Shown: one piece after another, positions 6,083-13,543 of the stretch
Layout of the letters: each line of letters starts with the position of its first letter
How positions within the stretch are numbered: the first letter of the stretch is position 1
Origin: Demequinaceae bacterium
GTDB lineage: Bacteria; Actinomycetota; Actinomycetes; Actinomycetales; Demequinaceae
Length of the DNA stretch: 32,000 bases
NCBI GenBank assembly: GCA_965250005.1
Contig: OZ252279.1
Location: 90,001-122,000, forward strand
Direction of reading: 5' to 3'
Notes under the pieces: generated by a model
What the model saw: the letters and a program-made list of their open reading frames with translations, nothing else
Database searches by the model: none
Told to the model about the DNA's origin: nothing
Program-made: the position numbers and the translations under genes

Positions 6083-8689
6083 ATGGTGTTCCTTGAAGAC
6101 AAGAGCCCGGTGCAGGTGCCACCTGACACGATCGAACTACGTGTCCACGGGGTGTCCGGGACGCCCCCGGACACCATGCTCAAGTCCCCGGTGGTGCGGG
6201 TCTCCGGGGATGAGGACTCCGGCTTCTATCGCAAGCCCGGAGAGACGAACGCCACGGGCGTGTCCGAGGCGTACAGCTGGAGCGGGCTCACCAGCGGCGC
6301 CCGGATCACCGCGTACTGGCTGCTGCTCTTACCGTTCTCGCTCATCAACGTAGCCGGCTGGGCCATTCCCACGCAGCCCGTCGAGGGCGGCAGAGTCAAG
6401 GGCGAGAAGGACGGCACGGCACGCTCGCGCCGCACCAAGAAGCGCTGGATCAAAGTGCGCGGCGCCATCAACCGCGTGCTCGCGTTGCTGCTCTCGGCCG
6501 TGGTCGCCGCAGGGCTGTTCCACCTGTCATTCCTTGTCTTTGGGCCCAGTGATACGTACCCAGGGGGGCTGCTGTCGTGGGGCGTGCGCCTGGACCTGCT
6601 CGTGATGCTGGTTGCCGCGAGCGCAATCCCGTTCGTGCTGTCGCGTTTGGGGCTGTGGTCGGGCCGGGCCACACGCACGCGGCGCACGCCGCGGTACCCC
6701 CCCTCCCGGCCTGCCGCCAAACCCGGGAAGCAGCCCGGCCTGTTCGCCCGCTTCTTCCACTTTGAAGAGCTCGATCTCGAGATGGACGTGACGGCGCACC
6801 CGTCCATCCAGCCAAGCAAGGATGTCAAGGGCCTGGCCGATCGCCAAGAGAAGGCCCGCAAGAAGGGCGCCGCATACGACGAGGAGGCGGACAGCGCCGC
6901 CCACGCTTGGCGGCGCTGGGACAGCCAAGTGTTCATCCGCAAACTCGCATTCGTGCACCGGATCATGGTGCTGTCGATCGTGGTGCTCTGCTACGGCGCG
7001 GTGCTGCTTGGCACTGCCGAGTCGGCATCAGGGCACGACGCTCTCGTCGCCCCCGCGCGCGTGCTCATTGCTTTGTCCGCGATCACGGTCGTCCTTTGCA
7101 TCGTCACCGTGGTGGCGATGGACCAGGCGAACGGGGGGCCCCTGCGGTGGCTCGTGTTTGCCACCGTGAACCTTGGCCGCATCGCGTGGGCCGGCGCCGT
7201 TGTTGTGACATTCACCGCGGAGCTACCCGACGCGATGGGGTCCGACAACCCCGTGACCACCACGGGCATCTGGTTACTTGCGGCTACCGCAATCCTGCTG
7301 ATCTCCCTGTGGGCCCTCGACTTTGCCCTGTGCACCGACACCCACCTGCGCACGTCGCGCTTCTACTCAGCGGCGCTCTCGTCCGCCGCGTTCTTTGTGG
7401 TGATCCCCCCGTATGCGCTCGCGATCCTCGCGATCGATCGGTTGTTGATCGACGGCGTCGAGGTCGGGTGGATCAGCATCGCCGTCCCCGCGTCCACGGC
7501 GCTGTTCCTGCTCATTGCCATGCGCTTCCTCTGGGTTGCGGACTTTGTTGGCCGCAAGCGTGTCCGCCCGCGCGCGGCGAAGGCCGATCCGTACTCGCGT
7601 GAGGATGCCGCGTACCTGACACAGAAGCATCGGCGCGTCGGCACCCGCGAGGGGGTGGACACCGCTGGCGACACGATTCGCGGTGCAGTCCCAGCGTGGC
7701 TGCTCGTAGCGCTGGTGGCGGCGATCGTGAATGCGGCCGGCAGCGTGCTCGGGTTTGAGTCTGCTCTCGGAGAGCCCGCCGTCGGCATGGCCCTGGTCGT
7801 TGCGCTGTCTGCGGCGCTGGTGGGCGTGGCACTGCTCGACGACCGGCAGCGAGTAGCGGGCTTGACGGCGCTCGCAATCCTGGGTGGGACGTCGGCCGCG
7901 TTGTACTTGTTAGAGCCGAAGTGGGCCGCGTGGTTTATCGACGCGCTGGAGCGGACGGCCGATTGGCTGGTGGTCGCTGTCATTTGGGGGTCGGTCGCTG
8001 TGCCGGGCCTGGGGATCCTGTGGTTCCTGCTTCGTGGGTCCAAAGAGCGCGACGCACGCAAGGGCGTGGGGCTGCTGTGGGACGTTGTGAACTTCTGGCC
8101 GCGCTTCTACCACCCGTGGGCGCCCCCCGCATATGCCCACCGCGCCGCCGAGGACCTGGTTGCGCGCATCGAGACGCTCGTGGACAGCAGCCCCAAGTCC
8201 GGCAAGGCGCACAAGCTCAAGGTGGTCGTTAGCGCCCACAGCCAGGGCGCGACTGTCGTGTTTCCCGCGCTTGCGACGCTCGCTGTGGTGCGCCCGGACC
8301 TGCGCGACAACGTCAGACTGCTCACGTACGGGTGCATGCTCGAGACCCTTTACGAACGCATCACGCCCGCATTCTTTGGCCCCGCGGGGATCAGGGGCAT
8401 GGACCGGCGGCTCGAGCACCGGTGGATACACCTGTACCGCCGCACCGACTGGTTGGGGCAGCCCATCTGCACTCTAGGCGATCGCAACATCGAGGTGCCG
8501 TCGTACGAGGAGGTCACGGAGGACGAGGCCCTGTCACACGAGAATTACCAGTACAGCGACCGCTACCAGGTCGCGCTTATCGAGCTGGCGAAGCGGGGCA
8601 AGACGTCGATGCCCGCGAAGTACCGTGGGCCACAGTCCGACCCACGCGACCCTGACGAGGACCTCGCGCCCGCATGCTCGCCCGACTAG
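6083..8689 (+). CDS. Large polytopic membrane protein with lipase-like alpha/beta-hydrolase motifs at the N- and C-termini (cassette gene C)
   Basis: 868-aa ORF with high GC3. LRVHGVSGTPP lies at 6143-6160. I count about 13 hydrophobic segments by eye. The C-terminal soluble domain has VVVSAHSQGATVV (AHSQG at 8234-8248), YRRTDWLG (Asp codon 8447-8449) and LSHENY (His codon 8537-8539). Confidence 0.85.
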   Translation: MVFLEDKSPVQVPPDTIELRVHGVSGTPPDTMLKSPVVRVSGDEDSGFYRKPGETNATGVSEAYSWSGLTSGARITAYWLLLLPFSLINVAGWAIPTQPVEGGRVKGEKDGTARSRRTKKRWIKVRGAINRVLALLLSAVVAAGLFHLSFLVFGPSDTYPGGLLSWGVRLDLLVMLVAASAIPFVLSRLGLWSGRATRTRRTPRYPPSRPAAKPGKQPGLFARFFHFEELDLEMDVTAHPSIQPSKDVKGLADRQEKARKKGAAYDEEADSAAHAWRRWDSQVFIRKLAFVHRIMVLSIVVLCYGAVLLGTAESASGHDALVAPARVLIALSAITVVLCIVTVVAMDQANGGPLRWLVFATVNLGRIAWAGAVVVTFTAELPDAMGSDNPVTTTGIWLLAATAILLISLWALDFALCTDTHLRTSRFYSAALSSAAFFVVIPPYALAILAIDRLLIDGVEVGWISIAVPASTALFLLIAMRFLWVADFVGRKRVRPRAAKADPYSREDAAYLTQKHRRVGTREGVDTAGDTIRGAVPAWLLVALVAAIVNAAGSVLGFESALGEPAVGMALVVALSAALVGVALLDDRQRVAGLTALAILGGTSAALYLLEPKWAAWFIDALERTADWLVVAVIWGSVAVPGLGILWFLLRGSKERDARKGVGLLWDVVNFWPRFYHPWAPPAYAHRAAEDLVARIETLVDSSPKSGKAHKLKVVVSAHSQGATVVFPALATLAVVRPDLRDNVRLLTYGCMLETLYERITPAFFGPAGIRGMDRRLEHRWIHLYRRTDWLGQPICTLGDRNIEVPSYEEVTEDEALSHENYQYSDRYQVALIELAKRGKTSMPAKYRGPQSDPRDPDEDLAPACSPD

Positions 8690-8985
8690 TTCGGCAGGTC
8701 GGGGTGAGGCGCGTACAACTCGCGCCAGCCTCTTGGCAGGCCGCTCTGTAGGTGCTTGGGGATCCACCCGATCAGCGTTAGCTTGAAGCCGTGCGCCATG
8801 GCCGCACTGCCGCCCCGGCCGGCCCCCTGAGCCACTGAGACGCCGAGGATCCACATCGCCCCCGCTGCCACCAAGATCGAGGCGACGAAGAACGCGGGCA
8901 TCGCGTCCCGGGCGCCTTGCGCCACCAGAACGCCGAGCCCGCCGATGGCGAGCACGAACCAGCCGAGCGCGATGACTACGCACAT
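8686..8985 (-). CDS. Small membrane protein, paralog copy 2; the ancestral start position carries ATA, so the start may be internal
   Basis: 99-aa ORF from the ATG at 8985, about 81% identical to copy 1. The frame stays open upstream to a TGA at 9037-9039. It encodes ITRLETWSKTAQR, collinear with MIRFKTWSKAAQR of copy 1, but ATA at 9024-9022 replaces ATG. Confidence 0.6.
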   Translation of the reverse strand: MCVVIALGWFVLAIGGLGVLVAQGARDAMPAFFVASILVAAGAMWILGVSVAQGAGRGGSAAMAHGFKLTLIGWIPKHLQSGLPRGWRELYAPHPDLPN

Positions 8986-9060
8986 GCGTTGCGCCGTCTT
9001 GGACCAGGTCTCTAAACGGGTTATGAGCTCAGGCTCTCATGTGTGGTGCGGTCCGTGCCG
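8686..9060 (-). repeat. Direct repeat copy 2 (small membrane-protein gene plus 36-nt leader)
   Basis: See copy 1. The similarity ends at 9060, 2 nt before the mazF stop codon at 9062-9064. Confidence 0.8.
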
Positions 9061-9061
9061 T

Positions 9062-9367
9062 TTACGAGACGTCCAGATCGAACGCCGCGAAGATGCCGCG
9101 CGCGAGTTCGCGCTCCTGGCTCGCGTCGAGGTAGCCGACCACCGGGCCGAGGGCGTCGCGCGCGATGGTGGCGACGTTGTCGAGCGAGATGACGGAGTCG
9201 TGGTCGAGCCCATTGCGTGCGCCTACCGGCACTTCCGTGGAGAGGCCGCGCACCGTGGATGTGATGGGAGCGACGGTGATGCGGGCGAGGAACGGGACTA
9301 CCTGGGCACGGGTGAGCACCACCACCGGGCGCGGCTTGTCGAGGCGGGCGGTGTGGATGGGGCGCAT
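9062..9367 (-). CDS. mazF: Type II toxin, MazF/PemK family endoribonuclease
   Basis: The 101-aa sequence MRPIHTARLDKPRPVVVLTR...ITVAPITSTVRGLSTEVPV...DSVISLDNVATIARDALGPVVGYL fits the MazF/PemK pattern, of the short-N-terminus type I recall from mycobacterial MazF proteins. Its start overlaps the upstream stop codon (TGATG). Confidence 0.85.
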   Translation of the reverse strand: MRPIHTARLDKPRPVVVLTRAQVVPFLARITVAPITSTVRGLSTEVPVGARNGLDHDSVISLDNVATIARDALGPVVGYLDASQERELARGIFAAFDLDVS

Positions 9368-9609
9368 CAGTCGAGGTTCCGCCAGCCGTCTTGGGCTGCC
9401 GAGGTGAACGCGGTGAGGTCCTCGGGCTCGGTTGTGCCGCTCGCGGCATGGTAGATCGCGGCGTCGGCGAGCGCGACTTGGTGGCGCCGCTCGCGCATGA
9501 GTGCTTGCGCGACAACGGCTGCTCGGCTGCGGGCGTCGCCGGCGGTAACCTGCGCATCGGCAAAAGCGACGAGTTCGTCAGGGATCCGGACGGTGATCTG
9601 AGTGGACAT
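9367..9609 (-). CDS. mazE: Ribbon-helix-helix antitoxin (MazE-like)
   Basis: MSTQITVRIPDELVAFADAQV...SRAAVVAQAL is a typical RHH N-terminus. I chose the ATG at 9609 rather than the ORF-track start at 9678. The gene is translationally coupled to mazF. Confidence 0.75.
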   Translation of the reverse strand: MSTQITVRIPDELVAFADAQVTAGDARSRAAVVAQALMRERRHQVALADAAIYHAASGTTEPEDLTAFTSAAQDGWRNLD

Positions 9610-9617
9610 GCCTTGAG

Positions 9618-9646
9618 CATACCGTGTAACATCCCAGATTGGTATG
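9618..9646 (-). promoter_or_regulatory. Inverted repeat CATACC-N17-GGTATG overlapping a TATGCT -10-like hexamer just upstream of mazE; candidate autoregulatory operator with a leaderless start
   Basis: On the minus strand the sequence reads ...GCCATACCAATCTGGGATGTTACACGGTATGCTCAAGGCATG. TATGCT ends 6 nt before the ATG, and the -35 region is poor. Confidence 0.3.
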
Positions 9647-10061
9647 GCACTCGCGGCGGAAGGAATAGCGGCGGTCATGGGACGACGCTACGGCGCGCTG
9701 GCGCCGCGCGGGCGCTATCCACAGGCCGAGTCGCGGCGCGCCGAACGCGGACCCTGCGCTCGGACCCGACGTCAGTTGTCATGCCGTCGACGTTAGCGTT
9801 CTAGTCGCGAGCGCGCGGGGTCTGGGACTGAATCGTGACTTGTCCGGAACTTGGAGGTGTCTTGCGGCTAGGCCTCGCGCGGATCCGGACCGTGCTTGTT
9901 CGCGCCCTTGCGGCTGGGCTTTGCTCGCGCGCGTCGGCGTGAATGCTCAGTGCAGCGGCGCTACACCCAGCGCACAGAAACGCGCCCCTCGCGCCGCGAC
10001 CCCAACGGGCGCTAGCCTGGGCGCATACGCAACCACCCCGTCGTCAACTGAGGAGATATCC

Positions 10062-11924
10062 ATGGACAAGCCCACCCTGCTGCAGCGCTGGCGCTACTGG
10101 TTCGACAACTTCATGGGTAGGGGAACGGGCGCGATGCTCGCGTTCCTGGGCGCCATCACCGTTGCGTTCATCCTGGTCAATACTGCGATCGTGAAAGTGC
10201 TCAACCAGGGTGAAGGCGGAGAGACGGAAACGTGGGCCGAGATCCTGTGGAACAACACCGTGAGCGTGCTGCGGTCCAAGGATGTGGTGGAGGGCACCCC
10301 GTGGGCGTTCCGGTTCGCGATGCTCGCGATCACCATCATCGGCGTGCTCATTGTGGCGAACCTGATCGGAATCATGGCGGGCGCGTTCAATGCGAAGGTC
10401 AAGGCCCTCAACCGCGGGCGGTCAGCCGTAATCGAGCGCAACCACACGGCAATCATCGGCTGGAACTCCAAGATAATCCAGATAGTGACCGCGCTGTGCG
10501 AGGCGAACGAGTCCAAGGGCAAGTCTGTGATCGTCATCATGGCCGACCGCGACAAGGTCGAGATGGACGAGGCGATTCGCGAGAAGATCGCCGACCCGGG
10601 CCGCACCAAGATTATTGTGCGCAGCGGCGACCCTCTCGACCAGGACGACCTGCTGCGTGTGCGGCCGTTCCGCGCCAAATCTGTGATCGTGCTCGCGTCG
10701 GAGGAGTACCCCGATAGCGACGCACGCGTCATCAAAATCGCACTCGCGTTGTCCCGCCATCCCGAGCGCCCCGCCACCGAGCTCAACCTGGTGGGTCAGA
10801 TCGCCAACCCCAAGAACCTCAAGGTTGCCCAGCTCGCCGGCCCCGACAAGGCCCAATGGCTACTGGGCACGGAGAAGATCGGCCAGATCACCGCTCAAAC
10901 CAGCCACCAGCCCGGATTGAGCGCCGTCTACTCTGAGTTGCTCAGCTTCAAGGGTTCCGAAATCTACTTCTCCCCGCAGCCCACGCTCGCGGGCGTCACG
11001 TACGCCGAGGCGCAGCTGAAGTATGCCGAAAGCACCGTGATCGGCGTCTCCACGGGTGGGGACGTGCACCTCAACCCGGCGCCCAACACGCAGCTTGGCG
11101 CAGACGTCAACCTCATCGTGATTGCCGAGGACGACTCCAAGATCGCTGTTACCGAGCCGGGACAGCCAGACCGGCGCGTGTACTCCAAGGCGAAGAAGAG
11201 CGCTCCCAGGGCGCACAAGACGCTGATTCTGGGAGCGAACCTGACGCTGCCGCACGTGCTCCGTGCACTGGACGCGTATTCCGCCAAGGGTTCCACGGTC
11301 ACCATCGTCTCCGAGTTCGACGTGCCGCCCGTGGGCAAATTCGCCAACGCGTCGGTGAAGATAGTTGAGGGAGACGCATCCGACCGCGACACACTTGACC
11401 AACTCAAGCCGGCTACGTACGATCACGTGATCGTGCTCGCCTACTCCGAAGACTTGCCGGTGCGGCAGGCAGACACCCGCACGCTCGTGACGCTACTGCA
11501 CCTGCGCGACATCATGGAAACCACCGGAAAGAACTTCAACGTGGTGAGCGAGATGTTGGACGAGAAGAACCGCCGCCTGGCCGAGGTCACTAAGGTCAAC
11601 GACTTCATCGTCTCGGACCACCTCGTCAGCCTGATGGTCGCACAGGTCTCCGAAAGCCCGCGTATGGCCGCGGTCTTCGCAGACCTCTTCTCTGCGCAGG
11701 GCAGCGAGATATACGTTCGACCGGCAGACTGGTACGTCAAGACCGGCAGCACGGTTGACTTCTACACGGTCACTGGTGCTGCGTCTGAGCGCAATGAAAC
11801 GGCCATCGGTTACATGATCGCCGCGCATGACGGTGGCGAGCCGATCATCGCGGTCAGCCCTTCGAACGCCGCGAACGTCACATTCGGCATGGACGACAGG
11901 ATTATTGTCCTCGCGGAGGGCTAG
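10062..11924 (+). CDS. CASTOR/POLLUX(DMI1)-related putative ion channel: two TM helices plus tandem RCK/TrkA-N domains
   Basis: AGGAG at 10051-10055 precedes the ATG at 10062. The in-frame extension back to 9840 has low GC3 and looks non-coding. RNHTAIIGWNSKIIQIVTAL resembles the CASTOR HILILGWSDKLG Rossmann start. A second RCK-like half begins at KTLILGANLTLPHVLRAL. Confidence 0.85.
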   Translation: MDKPTLLQRWRYWFDNFMGRGTGAMLAFLGAITVAFILVNTAIVKVLNQGEGGETETWAEILWNNTVSVLRSKDVVEGTPWAFRFAMLAITIIGVLIVANLIGIMAGAFNAKVKALNRGRSAVIERNHTAIIGWNSKIIQIVTALCEANESKGKSVIVIMADRDKVEMDEAIREKIADPGRTKIIVRSGDPLDQDDLLRVRPFRAKSVIVLASEEYPDSDARVIKIALALSRHPERPATELNLVGQIANPKNLKVAQLAGPDKAQWLLGTEKIGQITAQTSHQPGLSAVYSELLSFKGSEIYFSPQPTLAGVTYAEAQLKYAESTVIGVSTGGDVHLNPAPNTQLGADVNLIVIAEDDSKIAVTEPGQPDRRVYSKAKKSAPRAHKTLILGANLTLPHVLRALDAYSAKGSTVTIVSEFDVPPVGKFANASVKIVEGDASDRDTLDQLKPATYDHVIVLAYSEDLPVRQADTRTLVTLLHLRDIMETTGKNFNVVSEMLDEKNRRLAEVTKVNDFIVSDHLVSLMVAQVSESPRMAAVFADLFSAQGSEIYVRPADWYVKTGSTVDFYTVTGAASERNETAIGYMIAAHDGGEPIIAVSPSNAANVTFGMDDRIIVLAEG

Positions 11925-11942
11925 CGGCGACAGTAGCATTGG

Positions 11943-11970
11943 CGTCGGCCCGGTGCGCCCCGCGCCGACG
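11943..11970. terminator. Possible bidirectional hairpin between convergent genes
   Basis: CGTCGGC at 11943-11949 pairs with GCCGACG at 11964-11970 across a GC-rich 14-nt loop. There is no clear U-tract. Confidence 0.25.
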
Positions 11971-11974
11971 GCCA

Positions 11975-13543
11975 CTAAGTGCTCTGAGCCGGCGGAGGAG
12001 GAGGAGGTGGCGGAGGTGGCTGGACGGCCGGAGTGGGCTGCGTGACTGGCGGAGCTAACGGAAACGGACGGCTCCGCGTGACCGCCGGACTGGGGACCGC
12101 CGGACTGGGGACCGCCGGACTGGGGACCGCCGGAGTAGGGGCCTCTGCGGTGACAGGCGCGGGTAGGCCAGGAAATGGCGCAGCCGGGGCGGGAACTGCC
12201 GGAGTCTCGACCGGGGGTTCCGCGACCACGTCGCCTTCAGTATTGGAGCGGTGTGTACCCCCGCGACGCGGGGGTTTCTTGGCCCGCTGGGCGACCGGTG
12301 TGTCCTTGAACACGGGCTGCCAGAACGCCTCCGCGCCGGGACGAATTGAAGCCCCCTCGGGCTCGGCGAGCCCAAGCAAAGCGCGCGCGCTCCGCGAGTG
12401 GGGGTCGGCCTTGAACCAGCCGCGAGCCTTCGCCCACAGCATGCCAAAAACTAGCATCCCGATGAACGTGGTCGCGCCAACCGAAAGGAACACGGTGGGC
12501 GCCCCTGCAAACACCATTGCGGTCCACGAGGCGAGTCCCGCCACAAGGCCGACCGCGCCCGCAAACGCGTAGGCGGGCGCCCAGCGGCCTTCGCCGGGGG
12601 AGTGCACCCTTGCCAGCGAGTTGAGGATCAGGGCTGAGGCGATCACCGCTACGGTCACGGCGAGGATGACTGTGGTGCCGCTGGATGCATCTTCGTATGA
12701 GCGGGTGAGGCTCAGCGGCACGAGCAGAGCGAGGGCTGAGAATCCTAGGATCGCGCCTGGGATTCCAAAGACGTAGCGCCAGGGCTTGCGAGGATCGGGC
12801 CGGCGGCTCGATTCGCTGACGAGCACCATTGCGATCAACGCTGCGATTAGGCCAAGTACCACTGGAGCAGGCACGGCGAAGATCGCTGCCCGTGGCTGTA
12901 TCGTGTCCGATAGTTCGACCACAGCGATGTCTTCACAGCAGCTAGCCCCAAGGAAGCCTTCGCGGGTCCAAGCGCCCGCCTCCCTTCGCGTCGCGAATCC
13001 GTCGCGCCCGTTGGCGGCGACCACCGTGTATCCTTCCGCGTCGCCAATGACCGCGACGCCGCGGGTTGCAAGATCGGAGGGGATTCCCGTCAGGTGCGGC
13101 AGGGCGGCCTCGAGTTGGTCGCGCTGAGTGTCCGGGACCTCCCACTCGATCGTCCACGTCGCGCCGGCATCGTCGCTACGTTCCACCGCCAGGCGGTCGC
13201 GCACGGCACGGAAGCACGTGTTTGGGGCGCCGTCGACGCATTCCATGCGATGAAGGTTGGCGGTAGCCACCGTGGGAAGTCCCGCCTTGATGCCGTCCGA
13301 CCCAAGAACAAAGGACCATCGGCTCAAGTTACCGGAGCCGATCCAGCCCGCTGGGGCGAACCCGTCGTCGGCGAGTTGTCCGATGTAGAGAACGTTGTCT
13401 ACCGTCGCGGCGCCAAAAGCGCTTGGCTGATCAGGGGAGGTGCCCGCAGCGGTCAACAATACGGCGGCTGACGTGATTGCGGCCGTTTGCGCAGCCATCT
13501 TGCCCACGCGGCGCGCGTTGTCGCGCGCTTCCCTCAAATTCAT
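11975..13543 (-). CDS. Polytopic membrane protein with an N-terminal exported domain carrying one Asp-box (BNR-like) motif and a proline-rich C-terminal tail
   Basis: GGAGGA precedes the ATG at 13543. SDDAGATW matches the Asp-box pattern S-x-D-x-G-x-T-W. At least five hydrophobic spans follow. The tail reads ...PAVPSPAVPSPAVPSPAV...PPPPPPPPPP. Confidence 0.75.
   Translation of the reverse strand: MNLREARDNARRVGKMAAQTAAITSAAVLLTAAGTSPDQPSAFGAATVDNVLYIGQLADDGFAPAGWIGSGNLSRWSFVLGSDGIKAGLPTVATANLHRMECVDGAPNTCFRAVRDRLAVERSDDAGATWTIEWEVPDTQRDQLEAALPHLTGIPSDLATRGVAVIGDAEGYTVVAANGRDGFATRREAGAWTREGFLGASCCEDIAVVELSDTIQPRAAIFAVPAPVVLGLIAALIAMVLVSESSRRPDPRKPWRYVFGIPGAILGFSALALLVPLSLTRSYEDASSGTTVILAVTVAVIASALILNSLARVHSPGEGRWAPAYAFAGAVGLVAGLASWTAMVFAGAPTVFLSVGATTFIGMLVFGMLWAKARGWFKADPHSRSARALLGLAEPEGASIRPGAEAFWQPVFKDTPVAQRAKKPPRRGGTHRSNTEGDVVAEPPVETPAVPAPAAPFPGLPAPVTAEAPTPAVPSPAVPSPAVPSPAVTRSRPFPLAPPVTQPTPAVQPPPPPPPPPPAQST
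12081..12140. repeat. 15-bp tandem repeat accgccggactgggg, 3 perfect copies plus 1 imperfect, in frame (encodes PAVPS repeats on the minus strand)
   Basis: Units at 12081-12095, 12096-12110 and 12111-12125 are identical. The unit at 12126-12140 has 2 mismatches. Confidence 0.9.

Noticed and set aside
2974-9060. Calling the repeat-bracketed segment a mobile element or genomic island.
   Set aside because: No integrase, transposase, tRNA attachment site or terminal inverted repeats are visible. The flanking repeats are ~80% identical gene copies rather than short identical att-type repeats. The region is therefore reported only as a candidate cassette.
9679-10061. A c-di-AMP (ydaO-type) riboswitch upstream of a cation-channel-like gene.
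   Set aside because: The conserved blocks I remember (GGGGACCCA, GGGGUGAAUC, AGCUAACCUCGUAAGCG) are not present. Only a covariance-model search could settle this.
9840-10061. The N-terminal extension of the channel ORF, since the ORF track starts at 9840.
   Set aside because: The extension has low GC3 and an Arg/Ala/Cys-rich odd composition. A strong AGGAG RBS sits in front of the ATG at 10062, where the conserved-looking MDKPTLLQRWRYWFDNF begins.
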